A model generated the notes under the pieces. The model saw only the letters and a list, made by a program, of their open reading frames with translations, was not told the origin of the DNA and searched no databases. The translations under genes were made by a program, and so were the position numbers. A stretch of DNA of 25,378 nt from Planctomycetota bacterium (GTDB lineage Bacteria; Planctomycetota; GCA-002687715; DRQF01): NCBI GenBank assembly GCA_027001995.1, contig JALTLO010000176.1, forward strand, positions 3,750-29,127, written 5' to 3'. Shown one piece after another: positions 1 through 7,811 of the stretch (positions are counted from its first letter, which is position 1; every line of letters begins with the position of its first letter).

Positions 1-1
1 C

Positions 2-2026
2 CTCGCTGGGACGTCGATGCAATTGTATTTAGACTTTGTGCCCAATTCCCTGGTTGGCGGTGTTCCCCCATTGGTGGCAGATCCAGAAGATGCTCTCATT
101 ATCATCGATCCAGTGGCCACAAACACCACATCCAACGCATTTGCTCTGCTCATTGCAAACGAGCTCAACGACTATTGGCGCAAAAATGGTTTGGGCTATT
201 CCGTTCATGTCCGGGAAGACGGCAAGAACAAAGAAAAAGGCCATGACGCCACCATCGAAATCACTTCGCCAGGTTTAATCAGCAACATTTACGCATCGGG
301 CGACTCTTTGACACCACCATCCACCGAGGTAACAGCCTCCCCAGGGATCTCCTTCAATCCTTCTTTGGGCAATGCCACCCAAAGGTTAACCGCCGCCTTC
401 CCAGGAACGACCAACGCTCAACTACGTATCAACAACCAAGACCCCAACGATGACCCAGCCCACCAAGTAGAGGTTTTCGCCCCTGGACCTCTGAAATTCA
501 CCTTTGACTCTGGGAGTAACCCCTTCCAGCCCGTCACCTTCCTCCTGTCATCCTTCTATAATCCTGAGAACGTCCCTTCTTCCTTCGTGGCCTTCCCCGG
601 AAGCCTGGACATTGGCACGTTTTCTGGGGGATCATTTCAAAACATCACTGTTGTCGCCGACAGCATCTTCGGCGGAACCGGTAGTTTCTTGGATGGGTTC
701 TTCTTTACCAATGCTCAAGGAATCCTCGACTTCCAAGTGACCTTAGGTTTGCCCCAAGTAGGAAACAACGTCGGGGCTCAGGGTATCATTGCTGACCCAA
801 CCATTGCCCCCGTTGGTCTGAGTTTCACCCAAGCCGCCGACATCAACTTCTCCGTGGGATTCGAACAAACCTTACCCTTAGGCGACAACGGCAACATGTC
901 AGTGCCCTTTATCCAGGGAACGACCTTCGATTTCTTTGGCGCCACCTATACGTCTGTCGAAATCAGCGCCAACGGTTACGTGACTTTCGGTGGAGCCCCC
1001 GGATTCCCCAACGATAGCATTGTCGATCCGGCAGTTGCCCTATCGCTTTCTCCGGCCATCTTTGCCAACTGGAGCGATTGGGATACCACAGGTGTTGGCG
1101 TTCAGGTGAGACAATTCGGTGCCGAATTTAAGATCAGTTGGGGCACTATCCCTGCACCCATCTCTCATGCTGGAGGTGCAACGGACTTAGGAGCCTTTTC
1201 TCTTAGTTTCTTCCTAAACGTCCCACCGGGAGTTGCCCCGCGAAACCAAAACCAAGCTGTGGACGGGGCTGCCTCAGTGGCGGCCAGTGCGGGCAGTATT
1301 TTCATAGATACGCTACTTTTGGACGATGGCAACATCGTTGCAACATTCGATGGTTTGACTGGAGTTTCTCCGGGGCAACTCCCTCCCATGGGCACCGTGA
1401 CCAACCGCAACTTCGATAACCCCATATTCCCTTCCTTGCCCGGACAACCATGGCTCATGCAAGCTGACCGTTCTGGACAAGCTCCGTCCCGCCTCCCTGT
1501 TGCCTCCGGCGGTCCCGCCCTCTACAACAATGGCCGAACCAATGAAGGTCGTAGTGTCTCCTTCTTCCCAACACCGGTAACAGGTCAAGCCAGTTTCGCT
1601 GCCATTGCCGATGACCATCCGATCGATGACCTTCAAGGTGCAGACATAAGTTCAATCTTGGTGACCTCATCATCAATGGGGCCCATCAACTTCACTTTGA
1701 TCGGCTACTTTCGCTACCTTTATAGTTTCTCAAACTCGCAGTCAGCCCCAACCTTGGAGCTAGTCGAGGTAGGCACCCAAAACCTCTTGGCAACGGTCAA
1801 CATCCTCAGCCTGATGACCCCCAACGGTGCTCAAGACGCGGGTATTCTCGTCGCAGCTCCGATGACAACAGCCATCCAGCCTGGTTATCGTCCTTTTGAG
1901 GGAGTCCATGTGGCAATTCCCACCAACGGACTCACAGGCATCACTCCAGGAACAAGCGCACGGCTTAAATTGACTTTGCCGAACGGTTCTATTCTGCTGT
2001 CCCGCGACACCATCCTGCTCAACTAA
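2..2026 (+). CDS. Large putative secreted/surface protein with a nidogen(NIDO)-like region; probably 5'-truncated by the window edge
   Basis: 669-aa ORF from ATG 17, but the frame is open back to position 2. Rich in G/S/T/P/F/N and poor in Lys. The motif FDFFGATYTSVEISANGYVTFG...AIFANWSDWD resembles the NIDO-like F.FYG..Y....V..NG...F / IAPFW.D pattern. Confidence 0.6.
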   Translation, partial: LAGTSMQLYLDFVPNSLVGGVPPLVADPEDALIIIDPVATNTTSNAFALLIANELNDYWRKNGLGYSVHVREDGKNKEKGHDATIEITSPGLISNIYASGDSLTPPSTEVTASPGISFNPSLGNATQRLTAAFPGTTNAQLRINNQDPNDDPAHQVEVFAPGPLKFTFDSGSNPFQPVTFLLSSFYNPENVPSSFVAFPGSLDIGTFSGGSFQNITVVADSIFGGTGSFLDGFFFTNAQGILDFQVTLGLPQVGNNVGAQGIIADPTIAPVGLSFTQAADINFSVGFEQTLPLGDNGNMSVPFIQGTTFDFFGATYTSVEISANGYVTFGGAPGFPNDSIVDPAVALSLSPAIFANWSDWDTTGVGVQVRQFGAEFKISWGTIPAPISHAGGATDLGAFSLSFFLNVPPGVAPRNQNQAVDGAASVAASAGSIFIDTLLLDDGNIVATFDGLTGVSPGQLPPMGTVTNRNFDNPIFPSLPGQPWLMQADRSGQAPSRLPVASGGPALYNNGRTNEGRSVSFFPTPVTGQASFAAIADDHPIDDLQGADISSILVTSSSMGPINFTLIGYFRYLYSFSNSQSAPTLELVEVGTQNLLATVNILSLMTPNGAQDAGILVAAPMTTAIQPGYRPFEGVHVAIPTNGLTGITPGTSARLKLTLPNGSILLSRDTILLN

Positions 2027-2033
2027 CTAAGGG

Positions 2034-2741
2034 TTAGATCAGCCCGGCGATCGTGCCGCCGACAAGAGCGCACATCGCGTTCACAAGGGAGCCACCGTGC
2101 TTCCCCAAGTAGGGCTGAATCGTCGCCCCGAAAACACTGTCTGCAAAATTGCCGATCACGCCAGCAACAAGCAAGAGCAGAAAGTTGTGATGATAACCTC
2201 CAGTGAGATCGACCATCGCTAAGGCGATGAGGGCGGCCCCCATGAGTCCGCAAAGGGTTCCGGGCCAAGTCACTGCCCCATCGGTTCCGATTTTCACTTG
2301 TTGCCAGGTCAAAACATCTCGGGGATTTCCCCCCAGGTAAGTGCCCCACTCGCTTGCCATGGTGTCGGCACAAACTGCAGCCAAACTTCCTCCGGCCATC
2401 AAGGCTGCCAATTCTGGATGCAGCAAACTTGGGGAAAAGTAGCCAACAAGAACAAACATAGCCCCAAAGCCACAATTCGCCACAGCATGAATCCAGCTTC
2501 TTGGGCCCTTCTCGTTCTGAAAGACCCCCAACGATTTTTTCTTGCCAGCACCGAATTTCGAACTCCAGAGTCCAAGGAGCACAAAGGTAGCGAAGCCAAA
2601 GAAGGGTCCCAGGTTTGCTGCCAAGGCAAAAGTGAACGCCAAAAGAGATCCGGAGACGGCACCACTTTTCGTCACGCTCTTGCTCAACCAAAAACCGCAG
2701 CCGAGACTCAAAGAAACGAAGATGGCCCACCCTAGGCTCAC
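2034..2741 (-). CDS. DUF92 / TMEM19 / VTE6-like integral membrane protein (putative prenyl-phosphate kinase)
   Basis: Hydrophobic 235-aa ORF with DUF92-type motifs GPRSWIHAVANCG, ADTMASEWG, GTDGAVTWPGT, GNFADSVFGATIQ and VN. The GTG start overlaps the upstream TGA stop (GTGA, 2738-2741). Confidence 0.88.
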   Translation of the reverse strand: MSLGWAIFVSLSLGCGFWLSKSVTKSGAVSGSLLAFTFALAANLGPFFGFATFVLLGLWSSKFGAGKKKSLGVFQNEKGPRSWIHAVANCGFGAMFVLVGYFSPSLLHPELAALMAGGSLAAVCADTMASEWGTYLGGNPRDVLTWQQVKIGTDGAVTWPGTLCGLMGAALIALAMVDLTGGYHHNFLLLLVAGVIGNFADSVFGATIQPYLGKHGGSLVNAMCALVGGTIAGLI

Positions 2742-3313
2742 AGGACAGCCCCCAACAGTGCCACAACGAGAGCTACCGATTGCCCGATGGCAAAATTATC
2801 GGCTAGGCGCCAAGGCACACTCTCCACCAGGGCTCCTGTGAGACTGGCCACCATGGCAAGAGCCAAACTCTCTCCCCAGGCGAGATTTTGTTGCAGACAA
2901 ACCAAGATTCCAGGAGGACAAGCAAAGACGACAAATGCCAACAGACCATTCCAAGTCTTGGCCCCATTCCATGGCAGAGATTCCCCCGAAGTCCTCTGGC
3001 CAAAGAAAGCCGCCGCTGGGTCACCACAAGCCAGGACAACCCAAGCGACAGCTATAGGAAGCGTTGCTTCGCGATAGATAGCGAACAGAAAAGCAATGGT
3101 GGCAGGATAGAGAACGATACCGCCAGTCCAGCCCTCCCCTGAACGATACATATCCTTGGCCAAGGTTGTCCGGGGTAGAATCACGCCGTTGACGAAAACC
3201 GCAAAAAGACAAATGAGGAGCCCGAGGCGCCAGTCAATGAAAGGCAACAAGAAGGCCAAACTCCCAAGCAGGAGATGGACAATTCTTCTTGTTGTTTCCT
3301 GAGATGAATTCAC
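2738..3313 (-). CDS. Phytol/dolichol kinase-like (CTP-dependent polyprenol kinase family) membrane protein
   Basis: 191 aa, multiple TM segments. Motifs RRIVHLLLG, GDPAAAFFG, KTWNG and DNF match the SEC59/VTE5 family pattern RK..H / GD..A...G / KS.EG / DN. Confidence 0.85.
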   Translation of the reverse strand: MNSSQETTRRIVHLLLGSLAFLLPFIDWRLGLLICLFAVFVNGVILPRTTLAKDMYRSGEGWTGGIVLYPATIAFLFAIYREATLPIAVAWVVLACGDPAAAFFGQRTSGESLPWNGAKTWNGLLAFVVFACPPGILVCLQQNLAWGESLALAMVASLTGALVESVPWRLADNFAIGQSVALVVALLGAVL

Positions 3314-3324
3314 GGGGCACCCAT

Positions 3325-5493
3325 TTATCGACTCAATAGACTCTTGCCATTGCGCTCATCCCCCATGTCTTCAGAGTGACCAGCCCAGGAGAGAATCGTC
3401 GGCGCCACATCAACAACCCGAGGATACGGGCGCTCAATTTTGAACGTCGAAAAGAAGATCCCCGGCACTTGAGCAGGATCAACACTACAGTGATCGGCGC
3501 TCCAGGGGCTGTCATTTTCGAAGATGACAGGTTCATCGACACCACCTAAGCAACTTTGCCAAGAAACTCGATATCCCCGATGAAAACCAACATAGATTTC
3601 AGCTCGCCCCCCCGGGACCTGATCGGCAGAGTATATTTCTGCGCCCAAACTTACAGATGCTACAACCGCTCTGCCTTTGTCTTCCAAGGCATTCAGGGCC
3701 TTGCTGATTTGCGCCAAAATCTGGGGAGCATCAAGGTCATCAACGATACCCCCAGGCTCTCGACCTTTGCGATTCAGATAAATGCGACCCAATCCTAAAG
3801 AGTAAGCCTTTGTCTTCGCCCAATCGATATGAGGCAAAGTCACACCCTCCCGCATCTCCGTGTTCAACTTCCGCTTGCCAACTCTCGACTTGAGAACAAG
3901 GAGCCCTTCCTTGACCAAGAGCGAATTGAGATTCACCGAGCGTTTCCATGGGGCCATGCCATGGTCTGAGACGACAATCAGGTCATCTCCTTCTTTCATG
4001 TACTGCTTTCTGACTAAGCCAACGAATTCGTCTACTCGTTTGTAGACTTCCGTGATCTCGTTCTTGAAGCGGGGGTCAGCCCGGCCATCTTCCCCCCTAT
4101 AGCCATCAAACTCGTAACGCGCGAACATGTGCTGGATCCGATCAGGCACCGTGAGAATACAAGTGACAACCCGCGCGTCTTTTTTCTCCAACTCATGGAG
4201 TGCCAGCTTCTCTTGGTCATCCCAAACTCGCTTCGCATCGGAAAGAAAAGAAGCATCATCCAAGACTCTGTCCTTGAGAGCATTGGTGGCGCAAGCCCAT
4301 CCAACGGTCTTAAAGGCCCGGTTCGTGGCACGAACTAAGTCTGCGGCATAGTCATCGGGATGACTGATTTTTAGCCCCTTGGGCAAACGAGTTGGGTCCA
4401 AATTGATGGGATCGAGATAGAGACGAACCCGTTCATCGAATTCCAGAAGTTTGAAGCGAGAAAACCCTTTCACGTTCACCAAGCTGCTCATCTTGAAGGT
4501 CACCGGAAATATCTCAGACCAAGTGCCTAAGGGAACCTGCACGGATTCGATGCCATTGGTGACGTAGACCACACCGTTGTCTCGTCCCAAAGTAATCGCC
4601 AAGTGAGCTTTTGAAGAAGTGCCGTCGGCGGCAACAATGTCTACCGGACCTTCCACTTCAATGGGCTCAAACTTTCCGTCCTGAGACTCTTTGTCTAGGT
4701 AAATCAAGGGCTTCACAAAGCCCCCGGTTTCCGTGGTATCCTCCCGAACGATGTCATCGCGAAAAATCGTCCAATAGCCGAACGTCCCTAAAGCATCCGG
4801 CACACCCAATCCAGCCAAAATTGTGCCATGATCCAAGTGTGGGGCCGGAAAACTGCAAGGTGCTAACATCGTTGCCGTCGGAACACCCTTGGCATCCAAG
4901 ACCTCCCACCATGCTTTACCTTGCCTCAAGTTCTTAGGCACAGGTTTTCCGTCCGGCAAACTAAACTCAGACAAAGAAATCAAACCGGCCACAGCGGCAA
5001 CCATGAGCACCTTCAGAACGAATTTGCCATTCCAACCACGCTTGCGGTAGTCCCGAACGCCGAAGAATCCAAGGACCAAGAAAATAGGAATCAAGACGAA
5101 GCGCCGCGTCTGCTTGGACGCCATACCGGACCGATCCGTCTCCTTGGACACCAAGGAAGGTTTGATACGTACATCACCAGCAGAAAAATCCCGACGCAAG
5201 AAACCATCAATCCCAGTCGCCCCAGGGTTAAGCCCCGTAGTTAAAGCAGACCAAGAAACCGGTGAAATCGCTGGATTGGTCGTCGCAAGTTTAGAGAAAG
5301 TACCACCTTTCGCCAGCTCAGAAAGATTGGGCAGATCCCCACCTTCCATCATCTTTTCAACCCGGCCGAAATCCAAGCCGTCAAAACCCAGAACGATGAG
5401 CCTCTTTCCTTCAGACTGAGCGAAGGAAACCTGCAATAGACTGAAAACGAAAAGGGCGACAAGAAGGCCCCGTTTGATGTGATTCAAAATCAC
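3325..5493 (-). CDS. Alkaline phosphatase superfamily / type I phosphodiesterase-nucleotide pyrophosphatase family protein, exported and membrane-anchored
   Basis: Motifs LIVLGFDGLD, TTNPAISPVSWSALTTGLNPG, DRIQH, VVSDHGM and WSADH. Signal-peptide-like N-terminus (HIKRGLLVALFVFSLLQVSFA). The likely start is GTG 5493, which overlaps the upstream TGA, or TTG 5487 (AGGGAG 7 nt upstream), rather than the ORF-track ATG 5529. Confidence 0.85.
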   Translation of the reverse strand: MILNHIKRGLLVALFVFSLLQVSFAQSEGKRLIVLGFDGLDFGRVEKMMEGGDLPNLSELAKGGTFSKLATTNPAISPVSWSALTTGLNPGATGIDGFLRRDFSAGDVRIKPSLVSKETDRSGMASKQTRRFVLIPIFLVLGFFGVRDYRKRGWNGKFVLKVLMVAAVAGLISLSEFSLPDGKPVPKNLRQGKAWWEVLDAKGVPTATMLAPCSFPAPHLDHGTILAGLGVPDALGTFGYWTIFRDDIVREDTTETGGFVKPLIYLDKESQDGKFEPIEVEGPVDIVAADGTSSKAHLAITLGRDNGVVYVTNGIESVQVPLGTWSEIFPVTFKMSSLVNVKGFSRFKLLEFDERVRLYLDPINLDPTRLPKGLKISHPDDYAADLVRATNRAFKTVGWACATNALKDRVLDDASFLSDAKRVWDDQEKLALHELEKKDARVVTCILTVPDRIQHMFARYEFDGYRGEDGRADPRFKNEITEVYKRVDEFVGLVRKQYMKEGDDLIVVSDHGMAPWKRSVNLNSLLVKEGLLVLKSRVGKRKLNTEMREGVTLPHIDWAKTKAYSLGLGRIYLNRKGREPGGIVDDLDAPQILAQISKALNALEDKGRAVVASVSLGAEIYSADQVPGGRAEIYVGFHRGYRVSWQSCLGGVDEPVIFENDSPWSADHCSVDPAQVPGIFFSTFKIERPYPRVVDVAPTILSWAGHSEDMGDERNGKSLLSR

Positions 5494-7811
5494 ACTCCCT
5501 TTTTGAGGCGCGTGTCGATCCATCCCCACACACCTTTTTTTTGTTCAATAATACTGCGTGCGCCCAAGTACTGGCCGAGGTTCTGCCCCAACGAATAAAA
5601 GGGAACTTTTGCCCACCAGATCAGCTTTGCGAAGATTGAAATCGGAGCCCGACGAATCGTGCCCCCAAGATGCTTTGTGCCGCTGAGGGTAAACCTAAAG
5701 ACATCCGAGAAACGCTGCACCAAGTGCATTCCCACCAAATCGTGAAGGTTTTGGTGGTCTAAGTACACACGTTTGAATTCGTACCAAATCGAATTGTTGT
5801 GACTGTGTATCACAACGGCAGAGGGGTCCATCACCAACTTGTAGCCACTCAAGATTGCTTGCTTTCCCCAGGCCACATCTTCGCCGAACTGCCGCCGCTC
5901 AAAGGGGATCTTGGCCATAACCGATTTACGGACACAACTGGCCACATCATCGAAAGCAATCTTCAAGTAGCGTTCCATGGGAGGAAGAGCTTCATACTCA
6001 GCCCGGCTCCTGATCTGCTTTATGAGTTTACTACCTTCTCCTTTGGTCCAACCCCGCAACCGGTCGATCTGGAAGGGATTGCAGTCTTCCCGGGGCAACT
6101 GATGGCAATACGCCCCAGCAACTTCTGGATCGTCAAAGTTGGCAACCAAGGTGGACAGCCAATTCTCATCATGAGGAATGGCGTCATGGGTCAGCAGTGC
6201 CACAATTGCCCCTTTGGCCTCTTGAATCGCTCGATTGCGTGTTAGACCATGATTGAATTCACGACTAGGGATCTGAATCAAACGTACATCATATTCAGCG
6301 ATGACATCCAAAGTTCCATCCGTTGAACCCGAATCAATAATCAGCACTTCATAAGGAAAATCTGTCTTTTGCTCAAAGACCCCTCGGATGACTCGCTTGA
6401 AGGTTTCCCCGCCATTGTAGGTCGGAATAAACACCGTGACTGGAACGCCCAGAGAATCTTTGCGATGCGCCGGGCACAGGGGTTTCAAAGGCAATGAGTC
6501 AACCTGAGAGGGGTCGTGCCCAGCGTGCCTCAGTGCTTCACGGTAGAGATCGGCTGTCTCTGTGGCACAGCGCTCAATCCCCTTCACCACATGGCCGCGA
6601 TTTCGCATCTGCTCCAGAAGAGCGGGACTTTGTATGAGTTCTCTCAATTTCTCGGCTAGGTCTTGAGCATTGCCTGGTTCGAAGAGAAGGCCATCTTTGC
6701 CGCTGGCAAGGGCTTCTCTCATTGGTCCTTGATCGGCAGCAACGACAGCGCAACCAGATAAAAGGCCTTCCCGGATCGTAAGACAGAAACTCTCCCACCA
6801 CAGAGATGGTACAACCAAAACATCAATTCCTTCCAGAATCGTTGCCAGTTCACTCTGATCGTAGGCCCCCACGAAACTCACCTGGACGCCGGGCTTGATC
6901 AAAGCCCTCAAGCGATCGAGATAGCCCGTATCACCATGAAAGTTGGGAGCTTCGCCGTAGATGCTCAATTCAAGGGATGAGCTGCCCAAGAGGTTGAAAG
7001 CCTCAATAAGAACTTGAACGCCCTTGCTCGGAATGACACTTCCGATGAACCCGATTCGCTTCAGAGGGGCTGCCCCATCTCGGTTGCGATACAACAAGTC
7101 TCTGTCCAGACCGTGGGGCAATGCCACAAGGCGTTCGGCCTTCAAGTCAAATTCCAACATGCGATCTCGGTGAAACGCGCTGGGGCAGATCATCAAGTCA
7201 CAGAGACCGAGCATGCTCAAGATGTGAGAATCCCAGTTGCGCAGACTCTGAGGGGCCTCTTCAACCAGCATGCTCATGACAGAGGACTGAGTGCCCGGCT
7301 CTGCTTTGGAAAAAAAATGAGGCCAAAGGTCGGAGAGGCATTTGTGACATTTGACACGATCAATGGTGGCACAAATCTCTAAGTTGGTATCGATCCGCTG
7401 TCCCCGTGGACAAACCATCCAGAAATCATGGAGCGTCATGACCAATGGAAGGTCGCGATTCTTTGCCACTTCGATAATACTGGTGGACAGGCAAGTCAGA
7501 TGGTGGACATGAACTAAGTCGGGTTGAAACTCTTCGAGCAAAGTCGAGAAGAGCCCGTCGATGTTTGGGTTCTTGTAAATCCACTCGAAAGAGGAGGCGT
7601 CTTGAAAGTTGTAATTTATCCTCTCGACAGAAACACCATCGACAACGATGGCGTCACGATCATAGTCAGGACGTTCCACGTCGCCGCAGCGCGTGAAGAT
7701 CAAGACATTATGCCCCATCCTCTGCATTTCTCTTGCCAAGTAGAAAGCATGAAGTTCCGTGCCCCCCCGGCTATCTGGCAGAAAAGCAGATGTCACATAG
7801 AGGATTTTCAC
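5490..7811 (-). CDS. Bifunctional glycosyltransferase: N-terminal GT4 (GT-B) plus C-terminal GT2 (GT-A, rhamnosyltransferase-like)
   Basis: GT4 part: MKILYVTSAFLP..GGTE, HVHHL, TLHDFW, KGV, VPSLWWESFCLTIREG. GT2 part from about 6447: VTVFIPTYNG, IIDSGSTDGT, FNHGLTRN, LTHDA, GED. GTG start overlaps the upstream TGA (7808-7811). Confidence 0.9.
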   Translation of the reverse strand: MKILYVTSAFLPDSRGGTELHAFYLAREMQRMGHNVLIFTRCGDVERPDYDRDAIVVDGVSVERINYNFQDASSFEWIYKNPNIDGLFSTLLEEFQPDLVHVHHLTCLSTSIIEVAKNRDLPLVMTLHDFWMVCPRGQRIDTNLEICATIDRVKCHKCLSDLWPHFFSKAEPGTQSSVMSMLVEEAPQSLRNWDSHILSMLGLCDLMICPSAFHRDRMLEFDLKAERLVALPHGLDRDLLYRNRDGAAPLKRIGFIGSVIPSKGVQVLIEAFNLLGSSSLELSIYGEAPNFHGDTGYLDRLRALIKPGVQVSFVGAYDQSELATILEGIDVLVVPSLWWESFCLTIREGLLSGCAVVAADQGPMREALASGKDGLLFEPGNAQDLAEKLRELIQSPALLEQMRNRGHVVKGIERCATETADLYREALRHAGHDPSQVDSLPLKPLCPAHRKDSLGVPVTVFIPTYNGGETFKRVIRGVFEQKTDFPYEVLIIDSGSTDGTLDVIAEYDVRLIQIPSREFNHGLTRNRAIQEAKGAIVALLTHDAIPHDENWLSTLVANFDDPEVAGAYCHQLPREDCNPFQIDRLRGWTKGEGSKLIKQIRSRAEYEALPPMERYLKIAFDDVASCVRKSVMAKIPFERRQFGEDVAWGKQAILSGYKLVMDPSAVVIHSHNNSIWYEFKRVYLDHQNLHDLVGMHLVQRFSDVFRFTLSGTKHLGGTIRRAPISIFAKLIWWAKVPFYSLGQNLGQYLGARSIIEQKKGVWGWIDTRLKKGV

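Noticed and set aside
2023..2037. CTAAC/GTTAG mini-hairpin over the convergent stop codons as a bidirectional terminator
   Set aside because: A 5-bp AT-rich stem without a U-tract is too weak, and it largely reflects the two stop codons themselves.
2023..2766. 247-aa alternative minus-frame ORF overlapping DUF92
   Set aside because: It has an Arg/Cys/Trp-rich shadow-frame composition and no motifs. The overlapping frame carries the DUF92 signatures.
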